Part shown: one piece after another, positions 10,990 through 19,561 of the stretch
Position numbering within the stretch: position 1 is the stretch's first letter
Layout of the letters: each line of letters opens with the position of its first letter
DNA from: an uncultured bacterium
Lineage (GTDB): Bacteria > Babelota > Babeliae > Babelales > Babelaceae
Length of the DNA stretch: 64,000 nucleotides
Reading direction: 5' to 3'
Assembly: GCA_963717435.1 (NCBI GenBank)
Contig: OY970332.1
Span: 992,001 to 1,056,000, forward strand
The notes under the pieces: generated by a model
Database searches by the model: none
What the model was told of the DNA's origin: nothing
The model's input: only the letters and a program-made list of their open reading frames with translations
Made by a program: the position numbers and the translations under genes

Positions 10990-11093
10990 AGTTTACTTTT
11001 TTGCCTATAATTGTATAATAAAAATAAGATTTCTATAAAAAATAAGAAATTAATAGTTTTTAAATTTATCTTAAATATATCTTGGAGCATCAG

Positions 11094-11372
11094 ATGCCAG
11101 TACCTAAACGTAAGACGTCCAAGCGACGCAGAGATCAAAGATCGGCCAATAAAGGAATAAAAGCCAAAGCATTTACAGAGTGCGCGAGCTGCCAACATCC
11201 TATTACACCTCACACACTATGTTCAAACTGTGGAAGTTACAAGGGTAAAAAGATCGTTGTTACAAAAGTTGAGCGTATGATTAAGCGTGGCGAGGCTCGT
11301 CAGGCTAAAGCTAAGTTGGCTCAAGAAAAACATGAAGGTCATGAGCACTCACAAGCAGAAAACAAAGAGTAA
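11094..11372 (+). CDS. rpmF: 50S ribosomal protein L32 (Zn-type, with a C-terminal extension)
   Basis: MPVPKRKTSKRRRDQR, CxxC..PH..CxxCG.Y; GGAG RBS before ATG 11094. Confidence 0.93.
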   Translation: MPVPKRKTSKRRRDQRSANKGIKAKAFTECASCQHPITPHTLCSNCGSYKGKKIVVTKVERMIKRGEARQAKAKLAQEKHEGHEHSQAENKE

Positions 11373-11417
11373 TTTTGTGATTGCAATTTATAATTTGAAA
11401 CATAAATTTTAATTTTG

Positions 11418-11453
11418 TGGCGGGTTAATTTACAAATTAACCCGCCATTTTTT
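11418..11453 (+). terminator. Intrinsic terminator after rpmF
   Basis: TGGCGGGTTAATTT/AAATTAACCCGCCA stem followed by a T tract. Confidence 0.8.
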
Positions 11454-11465
11454 AAGGGTAGTGAT

Positions 11466-12119
11466 ATGACATTTTTATCAGAAATTAGATACTATTTAAA
11501 TAATAAATATTTAACATCAAGAAATTTATTAATATTATTGGGCGCCGCGGGTCTTATTTGTGCAATAGTTTTTGGCTATAGTTTTTACTCTAGAAACTAT
11601 AATCAAAAAGCTTTTGCTATGTTCTCTGAATCTATTGCTGAATATAATAAAGCCATGTCTACTGGCAACTCGCAAGATTTTGTAAACGCTGAACGTGCGT
11701 TTGCTGCAAGTTATAAAGCTTATAGTAGGGCGACAATTTCTCCATTTATGTTGGCTTATCAAGCTGATTCTGCTTTAAAATCTGGAAATTTTGACAGTGC
11801 TTTAGATCTTATGAAAAAAGCTGTAGATTCTATCGAAGTAAGTTCACCCGTTTATTATCTTTATGCAACCAAGCTTGCTTTAATGCAATTAGATTCTAAA
11901 GACGAATCTGTTAAAAATTTGGGTAAAGAGCTTCTTGAAAAATATGCAAAAACTTTTAATAACCCATACAAAGATATGGCTGCTTATTATCTTGGTTATC
12001 AAGCCTGGGTTGTGGGTGATTTTGAATTGGCAAAAAGAAACTGGCAGATTTTATCACAAGCAGGTAACGATTCGATTTGGGCCGCGCTTGCGGGTTCAAA
12101 ACTTGAATTAGTAAGTTAA
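11466..12119 (+). CDS. Membrane-anchored TPR-like protein (YfgM-like)
   Basis: N-terminal TM helix followed by Ala/Tyr-rich helical repeats; AAGGG RBS before ATG 11466. Confidence 0.6.
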   Translation: MTFLSEIRYYLNNKYLTSRNLLILLGAAGLICAIVFGYSFYSRNYNQKAFAMFSESIAEYNKAMSTGNSQDFVNAERAFAASYKAYSRATISPFMLAYQADSALKSGNFDSALDLMKKAVDSIEVSSPVYYLYATKLALMQLDSKDESVKNLGKELLEKYAKTFNNPYKDMAAYYLGYQAWVVGDFELAKRNWQILSQAGNDSIWAALAGSKLELVS

Positions 12120-12163
12120 TAAATTAATAAAAAATAATACTGGAATTAAGTGGGAATTAATAA

Positions 12164-13576
12164 ATGAACGATATACGGGTCAGATTTGCGCCGTCTCCTA
12201 CTGGTCACTTGCATATTGGGGGCCTGCGAGCAGCACTTTTTAATTGGCTGTTTGCACGTCACACCGGCGGAAAGTTTTTGCTTAGAATAGAAGATACTGA
12301 TCTTGAACGATCCACGCCTGAATATACTGACTCTATATTAAACTCTCTTAAATGGGCTCAGATAGATTATGACGAGCCGGTTGTCATACAATCAACACGA
12401 ATAAAACAGCACCAAGAAATTGCTGCTCATATGCTAAAAAACGGGACAGCCTACAGGTGTATTTGTACTCCCGAAGAACTTGAAAGACGCCTTGGTAAAA
12501 ATTCTGACCAAGAGGGATATGCACAGTATGACATGCTTTGTCGTGATAAAAACTATCAAGAAGATTTAGAAATCCCATTTGTTGTTAGATTCAAGCGTCC
12601 GTTAGATTTAAAATATATAGAATTTGATGACATTATTCGTGGCCACATGAAATTTGACATGGACCAGCTTGATGATTTTATTTTATTAAGATCAGGCGGT
12701 TTTCCCATGTATAATTTTGTTGTTGTTGTTGACGATCACTTCATGAGAATTTCCCATGTTATTCGCGGCGAAGAGCATTTGGGAAATACTCCAAAACAGA
12801 TATTAATTTATCGAGCTTGCAATTTCCCGGTTCCAACTTTCGCTCACTTGCCATTAATTTTAGGGCCCGATGGCAAAAAACTAAGTAAAAGAGATGCGGC
12901 AACTTCTGTGTTAGATTATAAAAAAACAGGATTTTTGCCCCAGGCACTTTGTAACTATCTAGCCCGTCTTGGTTGGTCCCATGGTGATAAAGAAATATTC
13001 TCGACTCCTGAGTTAATTAAAGATTTTTCTTTAGAGCATGTTCACAAAAAGGGCGCAATATTTGATATTAAAAAGCTTGAATGGGTAAACACTGTTTATA
13101 TAAAAGCAACTACCGCGCAAGATTTGCTTAATATAATTTTAGATAATTTTGATGGTGATTTAATAGAAAATTTATCAGATTGGTCCCCGGGCCAGATTTT
13201 GTCGATTATAGACTTATATAAAACCAGATCAAAGACAGTATCAGAACTTTATCAGCAAGTAGTTGAGCTTTATAATTTTGATCAAAATTATAGTCAAGAG
13301 ATAGAGCAATATAAAAACAGTAAAACTATAGAGCTTTTATCTGAATTTGAGAAAGCTCTTGAAAATTTGCAAGAGATTACATTAGACTCAGTTTCGGTAC
13401 TTGTGAAAAACTTTTGCGCATCCCATTCGGTTGAATTTGCTTCTGTGGCAAAACCGGTCAGAATAGCTTTAACAGGAAAAACTACCGCCCCAGGAATTCA
13501 CGAGCTTGTAGTAAATTTAACCAAGCAAGAAAGTTTGGAACGATTACGTAAGTTTTTGAAATATTTAAAAAGCTAA
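12164..13576 (+). CDS. gltX: Glutamate--tRNA ligase
   Basis: RFAPSPTGHLHIGG, LRIEDTD, HVIRGEEH, KLSKR. Confidence 0.97.
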   Translation: MNDIRVRFAPSPTGHLHIGGLRAALFNWLFARHTGGKFLLRIEDTDLERSTPEYTDSILNSLKWAQIDYDEPVVIQSTRIKQHQEIAAHMLKNGTAYRCICTPEELERRLGKNSDQEGYAQYDMLCRDKNYQEDLEIPFVVRFKRPLDLKYIEFDDIIRGHMKFDMDQLDDFILLRSGGFPMYNFVVVVDDHFMRISHVIRGEEHLGNTPKQILIYRACNFPVPTFAHLPLILGPDGKKLSKRDAATSVLDYKKTGFLPQALCNYLARLGWSHGDKEIFSTPELIKDFSLEHVHKKGAIFDIKKLEWVNTVYIKATTAQDLLNIILDNFDGDLIENLSDWSPGQILSIIDLYKTRSKTVSELYQQVVELYNFDQNYSQEIEQYKNSKTIELLSEFEKALENLQEITLDSVSVLVKNFCASHSVEFASVAKPVRIALTGKTTAPGIHELVVNLTKQESLERLRKFLKYLKS

Positions 13577-13614
13577 ATAAGCTAATATATAATATATTTT
13601 AGGGGGTAGTAATT

Positions 13615-14550
13615 ATGAAAGTAGGGGTGCTTTTCTCTGGCTATGGTACCCAGTTTGTTGGGATGGGCAAAGAGATTTATGACACGTCTCGTATTGTTCA
13701 AGAATATTTTGAAGAAGCATCTAATTGCGCCAATATTAATTTTGTAAAACTCTGTTTTGCATCGTCTGATGCTGAACTTGCTGTAATCCAAAATGCATAC
13801 TTGGCTCTTTTTTTGACCGAAGTTTCAATTGCGTCTGCGATTAAAGAAATCGGCTTTGAGTTTGAAAAAGTTGCTGGTTACGGCGTGGGTGAATTTGCAG
13901 CTATATGTGTCTCTAAAGGCATAAGCTTTCCCGATGGAATATACTTACTCACAAAAATTAGTCAGTTATATTCTGAGTTAATATCTGTTATCGATTTAAA
14001 ATCTATTTTAATTTCCGGTCCAACTTTAAAAGAACTAAAAGCTATTATTACTGAAGCTGATCCTGAAAATAATTTGGCGCAGATAGTTAGCTTTAATGGC
14101 CCAACAGAATTTGTTGTTACTAGTGATAAATTAACTATCGATAAAATTATTATAGAAGCTAAGAAGAAACGGGCAAAAATTACTAATCTTTCTACAGACT
14201 CTGGGTTATATTCAAATTTTGCCGAGCCTATAGTACAGTCCATTACTATGTATCTGGAAAAAATAGACTTTAAAGACACAGTAAATAATATTGTTTTTGG
14301 TCTTGACGGTAAATCTGCGACTGATGCAAAGCAGATAAAAAAGCGTGTAATAAAGCAACTCGTTAACCCTATTTTGTGGGATAAAGTTTTGGCGCAGTTT
14401 TCTGATTGTGATATGATATTAATCCCAAGTCCTGGAAAAGAATTAACACAAAAAGTTCAGGATTATTATCCTGATAAAAAAGTTGTCTTGGTTTCTGAAC
14501 CACAGGATCTTGATAATTTAAAGATTTTGTTTGAAGAAAATAAGCAGTAA
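13615..14550 (+). CDS. fabD: Malonyl-CoA:ACP transacylase homolog with a degenerate active site
   Basis: FSGYGTQFVGMG N-terminus, NGPTEFVV, QLVNPILW; adjacent to acpP; GHSxG replaced by GYGVG. Confidence 0.8.
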   Translation: MKVGVLFSGYGTQFVGMGKEIYDTSRIVQEYFEEASNCANINFVKLCFASSDAELAVIQNAYLALFLTEVSIASAIKEIGFEFEKVAGYGVGEFAAICVSKGISFPDGIYLLTKISQLYSELISVIDLKSILISGPTLKELKAIITEADPENNLAQIVSFNGPTEFVVTSDKLTIDKIIIEAKKKRAKITNLSTDSGLYSNFAEPIVQSITMYLEKIDFKDTVNNIVFGLDGKSATDAKQIKKRVIKQLVNPILWDKVLAQFSDCDMILIPSPGKELTQKVQDYYPDKKVVLVSEPQDLDNLKILFEENKQ

Positions 14551-14588
14551 TTTAAAATAAATTAAAAATTAAGATTGGAAAAATTATA

Positions 14589-14834
14589 ATGTCATTTGAT
14601 AGAGCCAGTACAGCAGAAAAAGTAATATCTATAATTGCCCAACAGTTAAATGTCGACAAGTCTACAATTTCAGAAGACGCTACCCTGACAAGTCTGGGCG
14701 CTGATTCACTTGACCGTGTTGAAATTGTCATGAAGCTTGAAGAAGATTTTTCTATCGAGATAGATGACGACGCAGCTGACAAAATCACAACAGTTGGCCA
14801 GGCGATCGATTATATTAATAATCTAAGAAAATAA
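14589..14834 (+). CDS. acpP: Acyl carrier protein
   Basis: LGADSLDRVEIVMKLEEDF.IEI.D..A.KITTVGQAIDYI. Confidence 0.96.
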   Translation: MSFDRASTAEKVISIIAQQLNVDKSTISEDATLTSLGADSLDRVEIVMKLEEDFSIEIDDDAADKITTVGQAIDYINNLRK

Positions 14835-14835
14835 C

Positions 14836-16752
14836 TTAAAAATTTAATCCGGTTTTGACCATCAGGCTCCATTTAGAGAGCCCGGCATAATGGCAATCTT
14901 TTCCGGTTTGTGCAAATTCAGCACTTAATCCCAGACCCAAATACGGGCTCCAGCAGTTATCCCATTCATGACTTGCATGAATAAAAAATTTCTGAATAAT
15001 TTGCGCGTTAACGAGTCCTGATTCTTTATTTAAAATAGAGTTGTTAATATTGGTGATAATAACAGGCGGCACAGACTGCTGAGCAACAATAATACCACTT
15101 GGGTTAGCAACTCCAGTATTATTTATATATGTTGACCCGATCTGTCTTGTACTGTTCCAAGTTAGGCACACAGTCGCAGAGCCATCTAATGGCAGCGGGG
15201 TGGTTTCTTGTGGCACAGGGTTATCGTCAAGATTTGAGCCAAGAACCGCGCACATAGAGGCGTTACTTTGAGTGCAGTTTAAAATTTGTGCTGAATTTTG
15301 TGGGGATACCAAAGTTCTTGTGGGAAAAGTTGTTGTTATATTATAACTGCTACAGCAGACGCCTTCTGTGCCCTTAAATCCAAAATATCGTCCATCAAAA
15401 GTTGTGTTAGAACTGCAGCAACTAGAATCTGGTTGGCAACAAGAGTTATTTATAAAGTTCCCCTTCTCTTTTGATTTTGCATAAAAGTTATAACCAACAT
15501 CAAATGTCCAGTTCTCATGATGACAGCTGAATTTTAAATTTGCATCACATTCTATATTAAGTTTTATATTGATTTTGCGAGTAGTAAAATTAACTGCACT
15601 TATAATATTTCCTGTAGAGCTATAAACTTCTCCGTTAGACGTAAATTCTGTTAATAGCATGTATCTGGATAAATTATTATTGCAGCAGATATTATTGCTA
15701 TTAGATTTTACAAAATCGAAAGTTCTCAGCTGCGTATCACTTAAAAAGTGTAATAAATTTGCTTCAAAATATACCCCCCACCACTGACAAGCATCTTCAA
15801 AAAACTTATGATGCGCCGTTATTCCGCCGCCGAGCTTCCAATGATGATCGCCAATTACTGGCGAGAATACATAAAATGGGTTAGGTCTTTTATTTGTTGG
15901 TGCAACAAGTTGCCCAAATATGCCCAGATGATTACAGTCCGTTCTGAAAAAGTCATAGCCAACTATTACGTCGATATCTGCAAGTTCTAATTTTTGTATG
16001 GGGCAAAATCTGAATTTGCCAAAGGCCCAGCCGTCCGTAAAATTTGTAACACCTGAAAGTGCATCAACTATATTTGTTGTTGGTAATACTGTGCCCGTTG
16101 CCATATAACATGGCGGGAAGGGGGTTGTGTCCAAAGTTGTTGCAGTTAATAGTGAGCATGGCGAGCATTTGTTGCTAAAAAGATCCCAACTTGAATATGT
16201 TAGCGGCGAATTAATTTTTAAATATAATCCACTAACGTATTTATCGAGCCCCAAGTAAAATTCTAGATCCCAAATAAAATTTTGTATCACGGGTTTTAAA
16301 TTTACCTGAGTATTGCTGTTTATAGATAGCCCAAAATAGTCTGCAATTAAATCACAGCAGCCTGCAGTGCCCGAATTACTTCTGCTTTGAACTTGTGAGC
16401 CAACAAAGTTTAAAGTATCTGTTCCAAATAAACTTTTTGCTATATTTTTGCCATCAAACGATCGTTCATATTGGAAAACAAAAGATCCGACAATTAAATT
16501 ATTACAATTCTGCTCTGCATGAATTCTGTCGTCCACAGCAAAAGTCTCCCGTTCTAAGTTTGATCCTACTGATCTTGGGATAAATATAGACTTTGTTATG
16601 CATCCAGAATTACATGAGTTATTGCACGATTTATTACCCGCAAAAATTGGGGGAATATTTATAGTAAATAAAATAAAAAAAGACAAAAATAAAAGCTTTG
16701 ATGAAAAATTTAATAAAAACTTTGGTAAAAAATTAAACTGCTTGCGTACCAT
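14836..16752 (-). CDS. Cys-rich secreted putative outer-membrane beta-barrel protein, paralog 4
   Basis: Signal peptide; shared blocks FxPRS, LIADYFGL, LSRYMLL, FGFKGTEG; C-terminus WSLMVKTGLNF. Confidence 0.75.
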   Translation of the reverse strand: MVRKQFNFLPKFLLNFSSKLLFLSFFILFTINIPPIFAGNKSCNNSCNSGCITKSIFIPRSVGSNLERETFAVDDRIHAEQNCNNLIVGSFVFQYERSFDGKNIAKSLFGTDTLNFVGSQVQSRSNSGTAGCCDLIADYFGLSINSNTQVNLKPVIQNFIWDLEFYLGLDKYVSGLYLKINSPLTYSSWDLFSNKCSPCSLLTATTLDTTPFPPCYMATGTVLPTTNIVDALSGVTNFTDGWAFGKFRFCPIQKLELADIDVIVGYDFFRTDCNHLGIFGQLVAPTNKRPNPFYVFSPVIGDHHWKLGGGITAHHKFFEDACQWWGVYFEANLLHFLSDTQLRTFDFVKSNSNNICCNNNLSRYMLLTEFTSNGEVYSSTGNIISAVNFTTRKINIKLNIECDANLKFSCHHENWTFDVGYNFYAKSKEKGNFINNSCCQPDSSCCSSNTTFDGRYFGFKGTEGVCCSSYNITTTFPTRTLVSPQNSAQILNCTQSNASMCAVLGSNLDDNPVPQETTPLPLDGSATVCLTWNSTRQIGSTYINNTGVANPSGIIVAQQSVPPVIITNINNSILNKESGLVNAQIIQKFFIHASHEWDNCWSPYLGLGLSAEFAQTGKDCHYAGLSKWSLMVKTGLNF

Positions 16753-16849
16753 GATCCGCGATCTCCTTTTTTATAGGTCCGGTTACTAAGACTCTATAAT
16801 CAATCGCAGTTAATTTCAATAGTTAAATTTTAAGTTAAATTTTGTGAAC

Positions 16850-16883
16850 AAAAAAAACTGGGAGCTCCGAAGAGCTCCCAGTT
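16850..16883 (-). terminator. Intrinsic terminator after paralog 3
   Basis: AACTGGGAGCTC-CGAA-GAGCTCCCAGTT with an A run on the + strand. Confidence 0.85.
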
Positions 16884-16943
16884 AATTTGTGTAAGGCTAT
16901 CACTAACTAATTTAGTAAAGTGATTTAGCAAAAATGGGATGGT

Positions 16944-18974
16944 TTAGAAAGCCATACCAGCTTTTACAATTACACTCCATTGGCTTAAACCAGCTGTTTT
17001 GCAGTTGATCTTTGTAGCCCATTCTCCAGTTGCACCAATACCTAGGAAAGGAGTATTCTTACAGTCTTTCCAAGCGTGGTTGATGTAACCAAATACTTTG
17101 TTTGTCAATTGTGAAGCAGCAAGACCTGAAGCTAAGTTCAAGTTTGTAGCTGTTGTGTTGAATGTCACAGGAGCAACTGATTGTTGAGCAACGATAATAC
17201 CGTTAACGTTTGTTGCACCATTGATTAATGTGAATCCGTTTGACCCGACTGTTGTTACAGCTGAGCTGTTCCATGTTAATAGTACATCGCCTGTAGGTTC
17301 GCCAGCAATTATTGTTGTAGCGCCAAGAGTTGTAACCGCATTGTCAACTGCTGTTTCAACTGTAGGAGAGCACATTGTAGCAAAGCTTTGTGTTGAGTTC
17401 AAGTTAACAGATAATGGTACGTTAGCACTAATTGTTGTTTGAACAGGAGCTATCAAGTTATATGCGCCGCTGCTTGTAACAGTTGTGTATGTATATTCTA
17501 GACCGTATAGACCTTCTGTACCTTTGAATCCGAAGTTTCTTCCATCAACTGAGTAGTCACAAGGTGAACAGGTTATGCAGCCTTTTTCTGCTGATTTACC
17601 ATAAACGTTGTAACCAACATCGAATGTCCAGTTGCAATATTTGTAAGCGAATTTCAATGTCGCATCACCTTCAACCGCTAGGTTAATTCTGGTTTTTCTT
17701 GTTGTGAAGTTGATCGCATTAATAAAGCCGCCTGTTGAAACGTTGTTTGCATCAAACTCTTTAAGCAACATATATCTGCTTAACGGGCTGCAAACTGTTG
17801 AGCCAGCTGTGTTTGTTACGTTGAAATCGAATGAACGATTTTCGTAGCTGTTGAACCAGTGAACAACGTTACCTTCTAACCAAACAGCAAGTTTGTGGTC
17901 GTTGCATTCCCATAGATCGTAGTGAGTAGAAACACCACCACCAAGTTTACCATGACGGTCACCAACCATTGGTTCGAATATGAACTCGCCAGTTCTTCTG
18001 TTAGCAGTTGGAACTACGCCTTGGATGTAAAGACCAAAGTGTCCACAATCTTCGTTCCAGAAATCCCAACCTAAGATCAAGTCAAGATCCGCAACACCAA
18101 ATTTGCTTAGTTTGCAGAAAGAGAACTTACCAAAGTGCCATGGATCTACCATGTTTCCAAATTGCTTACCACTTAATGCAGCTTGCAAGCTTGTGAAAGG
18201 GTAAGCTGTGTTTGCAGGATAATTAGCAGTAAAGTTGTTTACTGACATATATCCATCAGGGTATGCAACATTTGTACCAACGCCAGCTGTTGTGTTCAAG
18301 CAGCAACCGTTAGCATCATTTTCAAACAATGTCCAACGTGCATAAACAAGTGGTAAATGCGCTCTGAAATAGAATCCGTCCCATCCACAAACATCAAAGC
18401 CGCGGAAGTATTCGAAATCAAAGATGAAGTTTTCGATTAACGGTTTTAATTTTAGAGAAGCATTTGTATTTGTTGGAAGACCAAAGTAGTCAGCCAATAA
18501 GTTGCAGCATCCAGCTGTACCTGTGTTAACACGGTTTGCAACTTGAGAACCAACAAAGTTCAATGTGCTTGTTCCGAAAAGATTTTGAGCAATCTTATTT
18601 CCATGGAATGAACGCTCGTATTGGAAAGCAAATGCATATGTTTTATACGCACCAGCTTCAGGTCCTCTGTGGATCCAGTCTTGCCAGCCAACAAGTTCTC
18701 TTGTGGTATCAGCACCCGGAGATCTTGGTACGAAAGTTGAAGCTAGATTACATGTTGAACCACATGTTGTGTTAGAGTTACATCCACCGTTGCATGAATT
18801 AGATCCACAGCTATTGCAGTTGCTTGTTGATGAACATGATTCATTACATGAGTTAGATTCGCAGCTATTACAGCTGTTTGTTGTTGAACAGCTGTTTGAG
18901 CCACAGCCGTCTGCCTGAATAGCAGGTGTTAGCAATAAGCTAACTGTTAAAAATGATTTAAGAAATTGTTTCAT
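16944..18974 (-). CDS. Cys-rich secreted putative outer-membrane beta-barrel protein, paralog 3
   Basis: Signal peptide, C/S/N low-complexity N-terminal segment, conserved family blocks, C-terminus WSVIVKAGMAF; AGGAG RBS. Confidence 0.78.
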   Translation of the reverse strand: MKQFLKSFLTVSLLLTPAIQADGCGSNSCSTTNSCNSCESNSCNESCSSTSNCNSCGSNSCNGGCNSNTTCGSTCNLASTFVPRSPGADTTRELVGWQDWIHRGPEAGAYKTYAFAFQYERSFHGNKIAQNLFGTSTLNFVGSQVANRVNTGTAGCCNLLADYFGLPTNTNASLKLKPLIENFIFDFEYFRGFDVCGWDGFYFRAHLPLVYARWTLFENDANGCCLNTTAGVGTNVAYPDGYMSVNNFTANYPANTAYPFTSLQAALSGKQFGNMVDPWHFGKFSFCKLSKFGVADLDLILGWDFWNEDCGHFGLYIQGVVPTANRRTGEFIFEPMVGDRHGKLGGGVSTHYDLWECNDHKLAVWLEGNVVHWFNSYENRSFDFNVTNTAGSTVCSPLSRYMLLKEFDANNVSTGGFINAINFTTRKTRINLAVEGDATLKFAYKYCNWTFDVGYNVYGKSAEKGCITCSPCDYSVDGRNFGFKGTEGLYGLEYTYTTVTSSGAYNLIAPVQTTISANVPLSVNLNSTQSFATMCSPTVETAVDNAVTTLGATTIIAGEPTGDVLLTWNSSAVTTVGSNGFTLINGATNVNGIIVAQQSVAPVTFNTTATNLNLASGLAASQLTNKVFGYINHAWKDCKNTPFLGIGATGEWATKINCKTAGLSQWSVIVKAGMAF

Positions 18975-19478
18975 TTGAGATTCTCCTGAATTATTTATTT
19001 AAACAACTAATCAATTAATTTTTCTTCGTTATGGGCCATTTATCTTAAAAAATCTAATTTTTTATTTTTTAAATTAGCCCGTGTTGGTGAAGATAATTTA
19101 ATTTATGACTCCTATCTTTTGAAGTTGAACATATGATTTCATAGTTACTCTAGTACAAAACTTTGAGAGTTTCAAATTAATTTATAAATTAGTTTATTGA
19201 TCAATTTGGTGCTTTCAAATTTATGTTGTAAGAACAATGCTTTTTGAGTTATTCGATTTTTTCAAATTGTTCGACTCACCAATTTATTTTTAACATCGCT
19301 GCCCACTCGCAAAGAAGGGGTTTCATATAACTTCCCTTTTTTATATGTGGTTTGAGATAGATATTCTCAAAAAAATACTGAAGATTATATAGTCCAGATC
19401 TCCTTCTTTTAAAGGTTCTTTTTATCTTCTATTAAAGAACTCTAGTAAAGATCGATTATTGATTGCAATAGTTTTTTT

Positions 19479-19515
19479 AAAAAAAATAAAGGGCCCTTTA
19501 TAGAGCCCTTTATTT
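19479..19515 (-). terminator. Intrinsic terminator after paralog 2
   Basis: AAATAAAGGGC/GCCCTTTATTT stem with an A run on the + strand. Confidence 0.75.
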
Positions 19516-19561
19516 GTAAGTTTGTTTTGTTATTTATCCTATATTATAAGATTAGATAAGA

